A stretch of DNA of 64,000 nucleotides from Vicugna vicugna (lineage: Eukaryota). Below are positions 23,507 through 36,000 of this stretch, one piece after another; the first letter of the stretch is position 1; every line of letters starts with the position of its first letter. The DNA is taken from contig MU058337.1 in NCBI GenBank assembly GCA_013265495.1, forward strand, positions 2,820,686-2,884,685, in the 5' to 3' direction. The notes under the pieces were generated by a model. That model did not search any database. It had not been told where the DNA came from and worked only from the letters and a program-made list of their open reading frames with translations. A program made the translations under genes and the position numbers.

Positions 23507-24914
23507 TTAAAGCCCAACTTTGAGAGGACCAAAGAGATCCCCCAGTAAACTAGCTGCCAGAGAGATTTAAAAAATAAAAGTGAATGTATTTATATAAACC
23601 TACATGTAGATTTGTAGTATCATATTTTTGTTACAGTAAAGTCACTTGGTTCCTTTTATTGGAAGTGGAAAGCGTAGCTGTTTTTCTGCTCTTTGAACAC
23701 AGAAGTGGTGTGAGACTATTGACTGCTGACTAAATTGTTCACTGAAGATTGTAGAAAGAAACACCCAGTAGACTTGATTAATAACAAAGACAGGTTGGCG
23801 AGGGGACAAAATGCTTGAAAGGGCTGCTTATACCATTTCCTCAAAATAAAATAACACAGAGTTCATCTTAAATAAAGAAACCTCACTGACTATAATGTTT
23901 CCATTTATATTAGAAGTGAGAAAAACGTGTAAACTTTGGACGCAGAGGATAAACTTTAATCGATTATTTTGTTTGCATGACCAGACTCCCAATCACATTA
24001 TACTATCACCTGGAAAATGAAATATTTCTGTTTTCACTGATTATGCACCTAAATATCCTTCTAGTGAAATAGACATGGTTCTATAAGTATATTACTATTT
24101 TGTAAGTTGCTCATGTGAAGAGAAATTATAGTCCTCAGATTAAGATCAATCCATTGTGATATGTGAATTGATCATTTTGATTCAAAATTCAGTCTGAAAT
24201 TAGCGGTGAGATAATCACACATTGTTTCCCTGAAATATTTCAGATGGAATTTTCCTTTATTTATTCACCTACATTCTACAACTTTATATCTCATTCTGAT
24301 TATAAAACCTAACCAGCTTTTTATGCAGCATAAAGCATAACTTGGAAAATATCCAAATAGTTTGATCAATAAAGACCTCAAACTAATTATTCAGATAGTA
24401 AAATAAAACTAGTTTTGAATTAGGTAAAAAGCTACTTTCTCCTTCTTATCTTCTGCTCAACTCCATAAAAAGGGGAGCCTGCTACTTTATGGTTAAAACA
24501 AGGCCAAACAAGGGGAAATAATTTGCAATGCTCTGTTAATCCACATATAAATATATCTTATAAAAGCAGATATAAATGAGTCAGTAACAATGTTTTATAA
24601 AATGTGTGTTGTGTATCATAAGCAAAGGTTAACTAGTAGACATATGAAAATGAAGAATACATGCTTATACAGTGGTCCCCGGCTAATACATTCAAGATGA
24701 TTTAAATAGAGTTTGTACAGAAATAACCAAAACAGTTAACTTTTCATATTAGGCCTGTATTGTCAGAACCAAAAGAGGATGTTGGACAATTATACAGAGA
24801 GATTAGGCACCTAACATACTTCATCAGATGGCTTGGATAGGTGTTTAAAACTTGTCCAATTTAAAGATTCATTCCATGGGGAGAGAAAAACAATAAAGAA
24901 ATAAAGTTAATTCT

Positions 24915-25115
24915 ACTCCAGCTTAGAAATTGATGGATGCAAGGAGGGAGAAGACAGCAGAGGGGAGGCAAGGATGGCCAGGCTGCTGAGTGAGGTTTTT
25001 AACTTTAGAGGGAGTGACTTGGGAGTCCTCACTGACACTGTAGAGCCAACAGAAAGGAAGAGAGGTCATGAGCTAGGTGGGGGATCTGGGAAGAACGGCT
25101 TACAAGTGAGAGGGA
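24915..25115 (-). mobile_element. L2 fragment
   Basis: Purine-rich reverse L2-like text (gatggatgcaaggagggag...caaggatggccagg...ggtttttaactt). Confidence 0.45.
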
Positions 25116-26259
25116 CCATATTTTGAATTCTATTTATACCAGGGGCCAAAGAAAGTGATAGAAAATGATGTTGAAAGGTAAAATTAAAAAAAAAAAGTGT
25201 TCACATTTTCAAAGATTTCCCATTAGTCAATAGGCAAAGTTGAAACGATACAAGTAAAATTAGTATCTTGAAGGGAATCAAAAAATAGAATGGATATTTT
25301 TTAAAGATGTGCAGTTTTCCTGATAAAAAAGGATGTGTAATACAAATTTTTTAAAGCATAATATTTAAATAGATTTTTGAACTATTATCAGACTATAAGT
25401 GAAAGCACACCACAAATATAATTATTTAGCCAATTAGATATAATTTAAAAACTGAAGTGTAAACATTTGCTTTGTTTTGGTTTTTTTTTTTAATAACTCT
25501 TTAGGCAACAAGTTAGTAATGATAAGACATCCTGAGGGCAGAAAAGCCAAACTGCCTCATACAGAGCTTGCCAGTAATGAGGCAGTATTTCCCTCCCAGA
25601 TCTGCAGAAGTACCTGTGAAACAGGAACTTTATATTCTGCCAAGTTCATCATCCATAGAGACGTGGACTGACATCTTCCAACATGAACAAACTTAGCAAC
25701 AAGAAAAAGAGAGAGTTCTTGTCGGTAAAATCTGGTCAAAGAAAAGTTACAAACAGTTCAAGAATTGAGAAACTATGATGAAATGAGTAGTGTTCAGTAT
25801 GAATCTATTTAAATATAAAAATAATACTAAGTAACCATGAGAACTATCATTACTAAATTAATAACAGTGTTACAGACCTGGAGAACTGGGACCTAATATA
25901 CTTGACAACTTTGACATGTGGGGATGAAGTGGGGATGGATCAAGGCTGGTGTTTTCCACGGCAGTAAGGCTGATACTAAGATGTGAGGATAAAAAAAAAG
26001 CACAGTGATGCTAAACCTTAATGTCTTTAAAAAATTATATTCTTAACATCCAAAACAATGTCTCATGTGAGAAATCTTATTTTATGTTTAGTAATTTTTA
26101 TGCTTTCTTTGTTTTTATCTTTATATCCATTTCAACTAAAATTAACATTACAAACAATGCAGTCATTATTGTAAAATATCACAAATGATATAACACTTAC
26201 AGTATAATTTTAGCTATCTTCTGTCTACTTTGTCAATCTTTATATATTTATTTTGTTGA

Positions 26260-26425
26260 TGTACATTTATACAAATAATTGTGGAATGATGTGTGCCTAA
26301 TGTTAATCTCTATAATTCCGATGGAGATTGGAAAGGTTTTTTTTTTTCTTTATCTTCTACCACATTTCACATTAGTTAAATTCTTTATAGTAAGTATATG
26401 CGTTTTACTCAAAACATTATTTTTC
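26260..26425 (+). mobile_element. L1ME-like 3' end fragment
   Basis: ggaatgatgtgtgcctaatgttaat...ttctttatagtaagtatatgcgtttt resembles old L1ME 3' ends. Confidence 0.4.
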
Positions 26426-28044
26426 TAGGAAGTGTAAATAAAATTTTAACAAAAATTTTCCTGTGGGTAAAACTTAATTGAACTGTTTTGATAAATGAAT
26501 TAAACATATCTGTTTCTGGGAAAAACATTCCAATGTAAATTATTTGGTTACACAAACCACTAGAAATATTTCCAGAGCATGTCATGTCTGCAATTAAGCC
26601 GTGTGGAACTCGACAGTATAATTATGCAAAGTTAAAAGCTTAAGACTGAATGTGTGTGAATTCACATGGCTTATGACAGTGAGATTCTTTGAGAAGAGAG
26701 CTAAAATTTTTTAAAAGGCAAATTTTTGCATCTAAATATTACTGTTTAGAGAAGCCATATGAAGTCCAGTGTTTTTAATAAGTTTTCTTAATTAGCAGGA
26801 GGATGTCACTGATTGCAATAATCCTATAGGACGTGTCTATCATAAAAATAGAGCTTCTCTGTTCGGATATAGAAAATGACCTCCTGCACTTAATTTATCT
26901 CCTGTCCCTGGGGTGAGACCTGAGCTACCTCTGTGCACCTCTAAGTTTTGTGGAACACAATTAGAACATCTCTAGGTCATGGAATAATCAATGAGTTAGA
27001 AGAAAAGAGAGCCTCAAGAGAGAATCTATATTATTTGCAAGTAACCAATTTGATTGTACTCACTTGCCCATTTCAGGCCTTTTCCACTTAATAAATTTTA
27101 ACTTAGAGGGTTCCATATTTCAAAAAATTCCATTTAGGCATTAGCTTTTCATGAATATATATGAGCAACAGAACAACTGGGAAAAAAGTATATCAATACT
27201 TAATAATTTTGAAATATTTCAACAGAAATCATTGTATCTGTGTGCTATTTGATGTACACACATACATACATTTCTTTTAATTAGTAGAGGCTTCAAGGAA
27301 TACATCTTTGTTGTATTTTTCCTAATATTAAATTGGTGGATTCTGTGATTTAAATTAATTTCAATAACTTCCTTATATTATTTAGATCTAATCATACATA
27401 GGCATCAATCATGAAGATGATCCAACAAAAATATCATGGTTCTATGTTGACCAACTGCTTTTCTGACCACAGACAAATTATGCAACCTCACATTACAGAA
27501 TACTTTGCAAGTCGGATAATGTTGTCAGCAAGAAACAATGCTGGGCAATTTAAAGAGTACACATATGAACCTGAAATTTATATTTTTTTCCCAGAAAGAA
27601 ATTTGCACCATGTCAAGAACATAAAAATATAAATCCATCATGAGTAAAAAGCATGGAAAAATCTAGTTGTTAAACATGTTAAGTGTTTCGTATTACTCCA
27701 GCAATAAACAAAATTTGTAGGTTTCATAAATCTTCTCTGAGAAGATTTAATATCTGTACCATTCTTGTTTTTCATAAAAGCAGGTAAACACTTATCAGTG
27801 AAGCCCAAATATTGTCCCTTCAATTTTACTTTGAAACATGCATTTTTCTAGTGTAGGCAAATATTCAAGGAGAGCAAGAGGTCACGCAAGGATAAGTTTC
27901 TTGGAGAAAATAATAACTTCATAAAAGGAGGAATAGAAATAATATGAATCAGAGTTGGGTCCAGGCTGTTACATCTCGTTATGAGAATGTGGTCGGCCAC
28001 AGACAGGCATGCTGTCTGAAAGTCACAAGGCTGAGACTGCACAT

Positions 28045-28095
28045 CATGGGGGCTGTGTCACCACATGGGGGCTACGTCACCACATGGGGGCTACA
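28045..28095 (+). repeat. 19-bp tandem repeat (CATGGGGGCTRYGTCACCA) x2.7
   Basis: Direct read; sits at the edge of the MLT1C LTR. Confidence 0.9.
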
Positions 28096-28534
28096 GTAAC
28101 AGAGTCCCACAGACAGAGCAGCTGAAGCGGCAAAGATGTGTGGTCTCAGTTCCGTGGGCTGGAAGTCCAGGATCAAAGCACCGGGAGGGACGTCTCCTTC
28201 TGGGGGCTGTGAGGGGGGCTTGCTCCATGCCTGTCTCTCAGCTTCTGGTGGTTTGCTGCGATCTTTGTTGTCCCTTGGCGTGTAGCTGAATCGTCCCGAT
28301 CTCTGACTGCATCTTCATTTGGCATTCTTCCCATGTGCCTGTCTGTGTCCAAACTTCCCCTTTTCATAAGGACACCAGTCATATCGGATTAGGAGCCCAC
28401 CCTATTTCCGTATGACCTCATCATAACTAATTACATTGCGATGACCCCGTTTCCAAATGAGATCGCATGGGGAGGTACTGAAGGCTAGAATTTCAACGTA
28501 TGAATTTGGGGGGAACATAATTCAACCTGTAAGA
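28075..28534 (-). mobile_element. MLT1C-like MaLR LTR
   Basis: ggctggaagtccaggatcaa, cagcttctggtggtttgctg, ataaggacaccagtcatatcggattagg, tatgaatttggggggaacataattcaacc. Confidence 0.92.
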
Positions 28535-28589
28535 GAAATCTTCTGTGTTTAATTCAAAAGCTTTAAATTCTGAAGCACAGCTAGAAATC

Positions 28590-31500
28590 TGGTTCCGGGA
28601 ATCCAGAGAGAAATCCTGGCTCATATATGCCAATCACAAGATAGTAAGACAGTTTTTAAAGCAGAGATTGGGGCAAAAATGCCAAAGTACAGATGTAAGC
28701 ATTGGTAGGTGACAAAAGCCTGAAGTCCATGAGACTAAGACATTTTTGACCTGGTGTGGCACTAACCCCCTGGTTGTACACATGCCCCAATTCTGGAAAC
28801 GTATGGAAGATGCCAGGGACTCAGGCATTACTGACAAAGTGATCTGGCAGCTTTGTAAGAGTAAAAACAGGCAGCAAAATGTGATTGTGGCATAAAGGAT
28901 ACTAAAAGGGCGTGTATGATAGATTTTATCCTTGGCGTCTTTAACCTCCAGATTCAATTACTTCCTCAGTTTGGACCAGTGAAACCCGGTCAACTGGACT
29001 CCGTGGGAGTCTTCGTGGGAGAGGAGTGACTCACTGATGGCAGTGGCTTTGGAGTAGTGTCTGCTTGAAAAGTAGTTGGCATTGGAGTCTATTTCCAGTC
29101 AAGCCTTGCTTAGAGTAGCATGAACTAAACTTGAAGTAAAATTGGATCATCTCAGACTTAAGTCATTAGTGGTCAATAGTATCATCAAAATAGGGTCAAG
29201 TCTGGCTCATCCAGGTTGAGAAACTGGGAACGAATAGTTACTGGGCTTTGAGCGCACCTGAGCTCCTCTTGAGGTCCTGGGTTAGTAAGAAAAACGGACT
29301 TTCTAGTTCATCAGTAGCGTGGTCTACTACCTTCATGGGTAGTGCACTGAACACAGGCAAGTTCTTGCGGCAGGCAGTGCTAGCAGAGACCCCCGCGTGT
29401 CAGCACAGCGGGAAGAATCTGAACAGCCCTGCTGCTGGGTGAGATGCCCCAAGTTGGGACCGACAGATCTTCATGCCTGCTGCTCCCTAGAAGTAGGAAT
29501 GGCACACGCAGACACGCGTGACCTTCACAGACGTGGGTCGTGGTATTAAGGAGTGTGTGTCTGCATATCTGATGAATTTTAATGCACTAAATGCAATCTT
29601 TTGGGTACCTTACAGGTACAAAAAGGAGGCCTGGACATTCTCAGCAATGCTTTGCCTTTGGCCCGCAATGTAGTTTTCAAGCCAGTGAGTGCCCTGGCAC
29701 GCGTCACAGAGGTAAGAGGCTGCATCCATAAACAGCCATTGCTGACTGTCACAAGATGTAATGATTGTCTTAAAAGGGATGCGGCTAAGAGAGCAAGAGG
29801 GTGGCTCTCATCAGAACACGCATTCTTTGAAATCGGTATGAGTAGACTCACTAAGACGTCTGGGTAAGCTCGTTATTATGTATTCTTCATCAGGACGAAC
29901 AGTGACAGTCCCTGTGTGTTGGGTCCTGGTGTTCGGAAACCACTGGGGAGAATGAAGAGCAACATCCGCTCCTCCGAGAACACCGGTAGCGCTGACCAGG
30001 GAACTCGACTGGCTCATTAAGGGGCCGGCATTGGAGGTGTTCGCAGCCTGGTCGGAAGAGGTGGTCTGAACCGTCTCCCTTTGGGACGCTGAAGTTCATG
30101 AGTCCTGAACAGCTATTACCTAACATTTCAAGAACACAAACCATGAGAGTAGACACCTGGGGCTAACTTTACCTGGTGACTTTGGTACGAGAACTTAGGG
30201 GAGATTTTTCCTGTTTTCTCTTCTTCCTAAGTCAATGATTCCAGCATTAGGATTTTATCAAGGGATGACAGAGGAATGTCGCTGCTTACGTGATGGCCAA
30301 AAGGATGTATTGTTTGGCTGTGATAAAATTTGACAAACTATTTCACCCAATCAGCTTGCGTCCTAGAACAGGAACAGCAGTCAAACGGGAAGCCAGACCG
30401 ATTTTGGAAGCAGCGATTGTAACCAAAGCTCTGGTGGGTGTGGAGTGGCACTTTCAGGCAATTTGATGTACCGGGAGAGTTTATTTACACCAACAAACAC
30501 ACTGACCTTGCGTACAGGACACTGTGACTCATCAGTATTGATGCCACTTACGTGAAATAATACCATTACCCAGTATTAAGGCATACTTCTCATTCCACAG
30601 CCCTGTTTTAAATTGCACAAATGAAACACCACACCCTAGATGAACAGGTAGGGGAGTTAACATCACAGCTTACATTTATCAGAGGCAAGGAATTCGTAAG
30701 TAGAAACTTTTGTGTTACAGGAGACAGCTCGTGTAATGATAAAATTGTTCAAGGAAACAAAAATACTGAGGGAGCCTTAATGGCTCACCATTTTACTGGG
30801 AACTGTCATAAAGCATATTATATATTTCCAAGCTCAGAGACCCTCTATTGGCTCCTTTCCCTTGGAGATAACTCCTCCACATTGCCTATGTATGCTTCTG
30901 CAAGTCTGGACCCAAGTGGGTGAGCATGAGCACTTCTAACACGTAGGTCAAACCTAATAGACCGAAAGTATCTGCTTCTCGTGGCAGGAGCCACAAATTG
31001 GGCTTTAAGTATGGATGGAAAATTAACTTCCATTCCAAACTATAATGACTGGTTATATGAACCATGTAGATACACTCGAAGGGTAGGTTGAGAGCCATTC
31101 TTAGAAATAATCTAACAAGTACCTCATGTCTATTTTGAGATAAAGGGAAAAAGAACAAAGAAACAAGAGTATTTCAACATACAATTTACATTTACCAGTT
31201 GATGAAGATCATGCAATATCGTTGCCATATCAGGAAATCTGGCCTAACCATACGGCAGGTACCCAAGAATAAGGGGTCAGGAGAAATTAGTGCTCCAAAA
31301 CCACAGAGCCTTAGATTCTGTTGTAGCTCAGAGGAATGATTACGTTCTGTTGCGGGGGGAAGCACTTCACCTAACCTCTCGGACAGCTCTCACAGCACAC
31401 AGGACTCATCAAAACACATACATAAGGCAGGGGCTCAAGTTACAGGTTAGTCCTTGGGGATGTATGCTTGGTTTTTCACTATTTGGGGAACATGAGAGTT

Positions 31501-31880
31501 TATATATTAAAAAGTTTCTTGGTTTTATTTTTGTTTGTTTTGTTAGAACAGACTTTTATTAATTAATAGACATTGTCACAATTTTTAAGCCATCTGTATG
31601 TAATTCAGGCCATCATAGGTTTTAGTGCTTTGGAAAGAGAAATGGCTTCCCTTTGCCCCAGTCAAAGGGTTGAATTGGTCATGAATAAGCCAGTGACTTT
31701 TATGGTCCCTTGTATTCATGGAAAGTTTTTTTTTTTTCTTTTAATTAAAAGGGGTTTGGGCTTTTGAATTCAGCTAGAAATCTGATACCCAAAATTCCAA
31801 AGTTGGTTTTGGACGACTGTTGGTGCATGATGGTCCAAGGGTGTCATGTCTGCTGACTCACTGAAGGGTGAATATTGATT
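28590..31880 (+). mobile_element. highly decayed class I (gamma-like) ERV internal region: pol (RT 3' half, RNase H, IN) and env remnants, no LTR seen
   Basis: Collinear degenerate motifs: TFLTWCG at about 28740; PCL-RVA at 29104; NE*LLGFE at 29229; LAETP at 29380; LGTLQVQKGGL...RCNDCLKRDAAKRA at 29601; LVIMYSSSGRTVTVP at 29869; SADQGT at 29988; VLQNHRALD at 31290. Confidence 0.7.
30900..31560 (+). pseudogene. ERV env remnant (SU C-terminus and TM with immunosuppressive domain)
   Basis: KLVLQNHRALDSVVAQ at 31284-31331 resembles the CKS-17-type ISD; a decayed CX6CC-position segment follows, then the hydrophobic stretch FLGFIFVCFV; frameshifts and stops throughout. Confidence 0.7.
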
Positions 31881-32284
31881 TTTTTTTATGCAGAAAGCCT
31901 ATAATGCAATTATGACATCTAGAAAAATAAATCATTCAGTTTTTCTAGAGCACTGGTTTTCAAAGTATACTTCTATAATTCTTCTGAAGTGCCTTTGGAA
32001 CCCTGGGCAAGAGCTCTCACATAAGAGAGTTTTCAGACCCATTCTTTAATGTACTACTTCAAAAGCAATGAATAAACACACTTAGACACACGTTCACCAA
32101 ATCCTGAAAACATCTCACATTTCTAACTCTACCACTTTATTAAATCGACCATCTGACAGCTACATAGCTAGATCACATCATGTTAACCTTTATAGAAATG
32201 TTTCTTGTAAACGGCATTTGGAACATACACTATTAGTTTAAATCTGGGGATGCTATAAAAATAGCATTGCAAAACTCATATTGC

Positions 32285-33090
32285 TTCTTTTATTACAGTA
32301 AAATATACATAACACAAAGTTTACCATTTGAATCATTTTTAAGTGTTCAGTTCAGTGGCACTGAGTACATTCAGAATTTTGTGAAGCCATTGCTACCATC
32401 CATCCCCAGAACTTTTCTGTCTTCCCTGACTGAAACTATTCTCATTAAACATCAACTTTCAACTCCCGTCTGCCCCCAGCCCCAGGCAGCCACCATTCTA
32501 CTTTCTGTCTCCATGAGTTTGACTGTTTTATGTACCTCATGTAAGGGTAATCATGCAGTACTTGAACTTTTGTGTCTGGCTTATTTTACTTAACATAAGG
32601 TCTTCAAGGTTCGTCTGTTTTATAGCATGAGTCAGAGTTGCCTTCCTTTTTAAGGCTGAGTAATATTCCATTGTAAGTATATAACACTTTTTTTTTAATC
32701 CATTCATCTGTTAGTGAATACTTGGGCTGCTTCCACCTTTTGGCTCTTGTGAGTATTGCTGTGCTGAGTCCCTGCTTGCTCTTCTGGGTGTATATCCAGT
32801 TACTGGTGCTTATGGCAATTCTATTCTATGTTTAATTTTTTTTTCCCTATGGAAGTGTAGTCAGTTACAATGTTTCAATTTCTGGTGTACAGCATAATGC
32901 CCCAGTTGTACATATATACGTACATATATTCATTTTCATATTCTTTTTCATTAAAGGTTACTACAAGATATTGAATATAGTTCCCTGTGCTGTACAGAAA
33001 AAATTCCTGTGTTTAATTCTATGTTTAATTTTTGAGCAGTTGCCCTACTATTTTCAACACCTGCTGCACCATTTTACATTCCCACTCATA
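32285..33090 (-). mobile_element. L1MB-type 3' end, interrupted by a younger L1
   Basis: aaatatacataacacaaagtttaccat...cccccagccccaggcagccaccattctactttctgtctc...ttaaggctgagtaatattccattgt. Confidence 0.92.
32841..33015 (-). mobile_element. young truncated L1 3' end with TSD
   Basis: Same family as 15262 (ctacaagatattgaatatagttccctgtgc); TSD attctatgtttaattttt at 32823-32840 and 33016-33033. Confidence 0.92.
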
Positions 33091-36000
33091 TTGTTTCTAC
33101 AACAAATATTTTTGTGGAAATTTGCTACATTGTATGTATACACATAACCACATCTACACGCGTATCCATATCTTTGTTTTCTTTTTATAAAGAAAGGCCA
33201 TGGGGAAAATTGCTTGCATTAAAAAAAATAACAGCAATTGCTTTTCTCCTCCAGAATAGCCTGTTGTTCTGCCCCCATTGGACACTATGAATCATGTATT
33301 TATATTTTTCTTTGGCTGAGATCTGTAGGAAACAGAGAGCCAAGATTCCAGCCCACACCTAGGAGGCTCACATCTAGCACTTTATGTCAAATTTTTCCCA
33401 GGTTCAACTTACTTTCATAATGTAATTTTTTTCTTGCCTGAATTTGCTCAATTTCCATTTAACGGTGAACCACATGAATTTGTATAAGCAGTTGGAACAT
33501 GGTAGGCTACAGATAAATAAACACACAGTATTTAAATTCCTTCAGATTTAATTTCCATTATTCACTTGGAATAGTTTGGAGTTTGAAAAAAAAAATCCAC
33601 ATCTTGCCTTTTCCCAAATAGAATTGTAATGGAGATGGACTTTGTTTAAAGTGATTGTACTTGTTTACATTGATGGAGGGCAATATATGAAAAGTCAAAG
33701 TCGGGTAGAAAAATTCAAAGGGAGAAATGTTATAGGACCAACCTTTACCTCTCTCCTAGTTGCTAAGGCATGTATGTATATTGTTTTAATTCTACATTGT
33801 TGAATTAGTTATTTTCATGGATAAAAAGAGACCTGGGTTTCCTTGTCAGTGCATAAACTTCATGTTTCACGTTTTCAATGAAATGCATGTGAAAAGTGAA
33901 GAGAAAAAGTTTTAAAGGTGTTTTATTTTTTGAAGTGCTCGATTAAGCCTTTAGGGTGGTTTCTATGAGTATGTTCAGGAAGCCTCCTCTTGGGAAAACC
34001 TGGGGAGTATTATGTATATAATATAATTATAGTCCAGCTTCAGCTGAGCTTAACGTGGCTGCATGTGTATATCCATCTTCTAGTCCCTCCTGAGTAAAGA
34101 CAATGTGTGACCTTGATTCATACGAGATTCTGGAAGAGGTAATGGTGAGCTATATACCTTTTTATGAGCTCATGGGTTTAGGGCTCGATAGGGCATGAGC
34201 AAGGAATGCATGACATTGATTATTGCAGAACACAAGTCATTCTGAATTGTTCTCCTCACCCAAATTAAAATTATTGTAACCTTTGCTTATCTTTGGGGAA
34301 ACCAGTTCATATTGACCTCAAAGGTATAAACGAACCCTAACTACTTCTGTATATGATCTTTGATAGCAATAGGATGAGAAATTTAATTTTAAATGCTAAG
34401 GAAAATGATGCACACACATACTCATTATATATATTAATTTATAGTCAAGACATATAGATTTAATGTATTGACTCTGTTACACGTATCTATTTATATCTAT
34501 AGGTGGAGATGTAAGTATTGAGTATGTGCTGTATGGAGCGTAGCCTTACAGTGGTTTTTGGCTGGTTAACCATCACTTGGCAAAGCTTGGATTATCAGGA
34601 AGTTTGCAAAACCAGAAGTGGACCTGCGCTTACAATATACTTCCTGCGTTTTCAAGTCACGTGGGCATCTCAGCCCTGAGGCTTGCATCACAGATGGCAA
34701 AAACCAACAGCCCCTCAACGCAGGGACCTAGAAAACCTCAGTCTGAAGGCCAAACCAGGTCAGGAATCAGAACAGCACCCAAAAGTGCCCAGAGACACAG
34801 GGACTGAGTTTGATTGTAAAATGGTAGTGAATTAGATGTAAGAGAAGAAAAAAGATTCACCGGGAAAAGCACAAAAACGGTTGCATCTTTTTTTACCCAT
34901 TGATTCACTGCTCAAGCTGTTCATGCATTTTTGAGCGGGGGGTGGGGGGTGTCTATTTCTTAACAGCAAAACCAGCACCCAAACAGCTCAAGGACCCATG
35001 AGATTAACCCTGTCCAAGAGTTCACCTCAGGTAGAGGAGGGAACGCAGAGGGCCACGTGGTTAGGATGAAATCCTGCCACACAGGGCTGCTGGCAAGCAC
35101 GCCTTCTCCAGAGCCTGTGAGACCTCTGGCTGAAGCTAATTTGTTGGCTCCGATCCAAACAGTGGCCCAATGTTGGTGATTTGTGACGGCAGCATTAATA
35201 ACCGTATCTGGAGCCCTGCCTCCCAGACCGTGGCTCTTGAGCTAGAACAGCTAAGCCAGTAGGCCTCGTAGACATGACCCATGCCTTAATCCCTCTTAAT
35301 TTGCTCCAGCAGAGAATAGTTATCCTTCCAGAACCAATCTCTGCATGTGCTTCATCCCCACACTGAAGACTGGGCACTCAGCCATGTCCTCCCCCAAACC
35401 ATCTTCTTGGAATCGTGTAGATTTCAGGGAGAAATGGAGGCAACATTTTATGAGCACTCCACCTAGAATAAAATCACCTCTTCAGGTCCTTAGTTCCACA
35501 TTCTTTCTCTTTCTTATAAAAGCCCATAAAAGAAAGGCACAGTTTGAATAATGGTCAAGTGAACACCTTTGTCACCATTTTCCAGGTAAAGAAGCAGAAT
35601 ACCAACACCTTAGAAAACCCAGACCTACATGTTTCCAAGTCACCTCACCCTCCGTGTCCCTGGAGAAAATCCCTGTCCTGTCCTCGATGGTACTCACATC
35701 CTTACTTGTCTTTTGATTTGGTCGTTGAAGTATCATTGAAGTATCATTGAGGCACCAGAGCTTTGTTTTTCTGTTTTGTACTTTATACAAACGAAATAAT
35801 ACCACATAATACAGCATCTGCTCCTCGGTCAGACTAATTCTGTGCAGCATCACTTTTGTGAGATGGATTTATATTTTTATTTCTGGCTGTAGTGGTCACG
35901 CAGCACTTCATCCACGGCTTCCCGCTTTGTGACTGTACCAACATGCAACTATCTGTCCTCCTTCACTAGACTTTATAGAATCCTGTAATTTTTTGCTATT

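Noticed and set aside
28578..31784. 14-bp direct repeat cagctagaaatctg (28578-28591 and 31771-31784) as a TSD around the ERV remnant
   Set aside because: No poly(A) precedes the right copy, ERV integration TSDs are 4-6 bp, and ERV-like sequence seems to continue past it. Probably chance.
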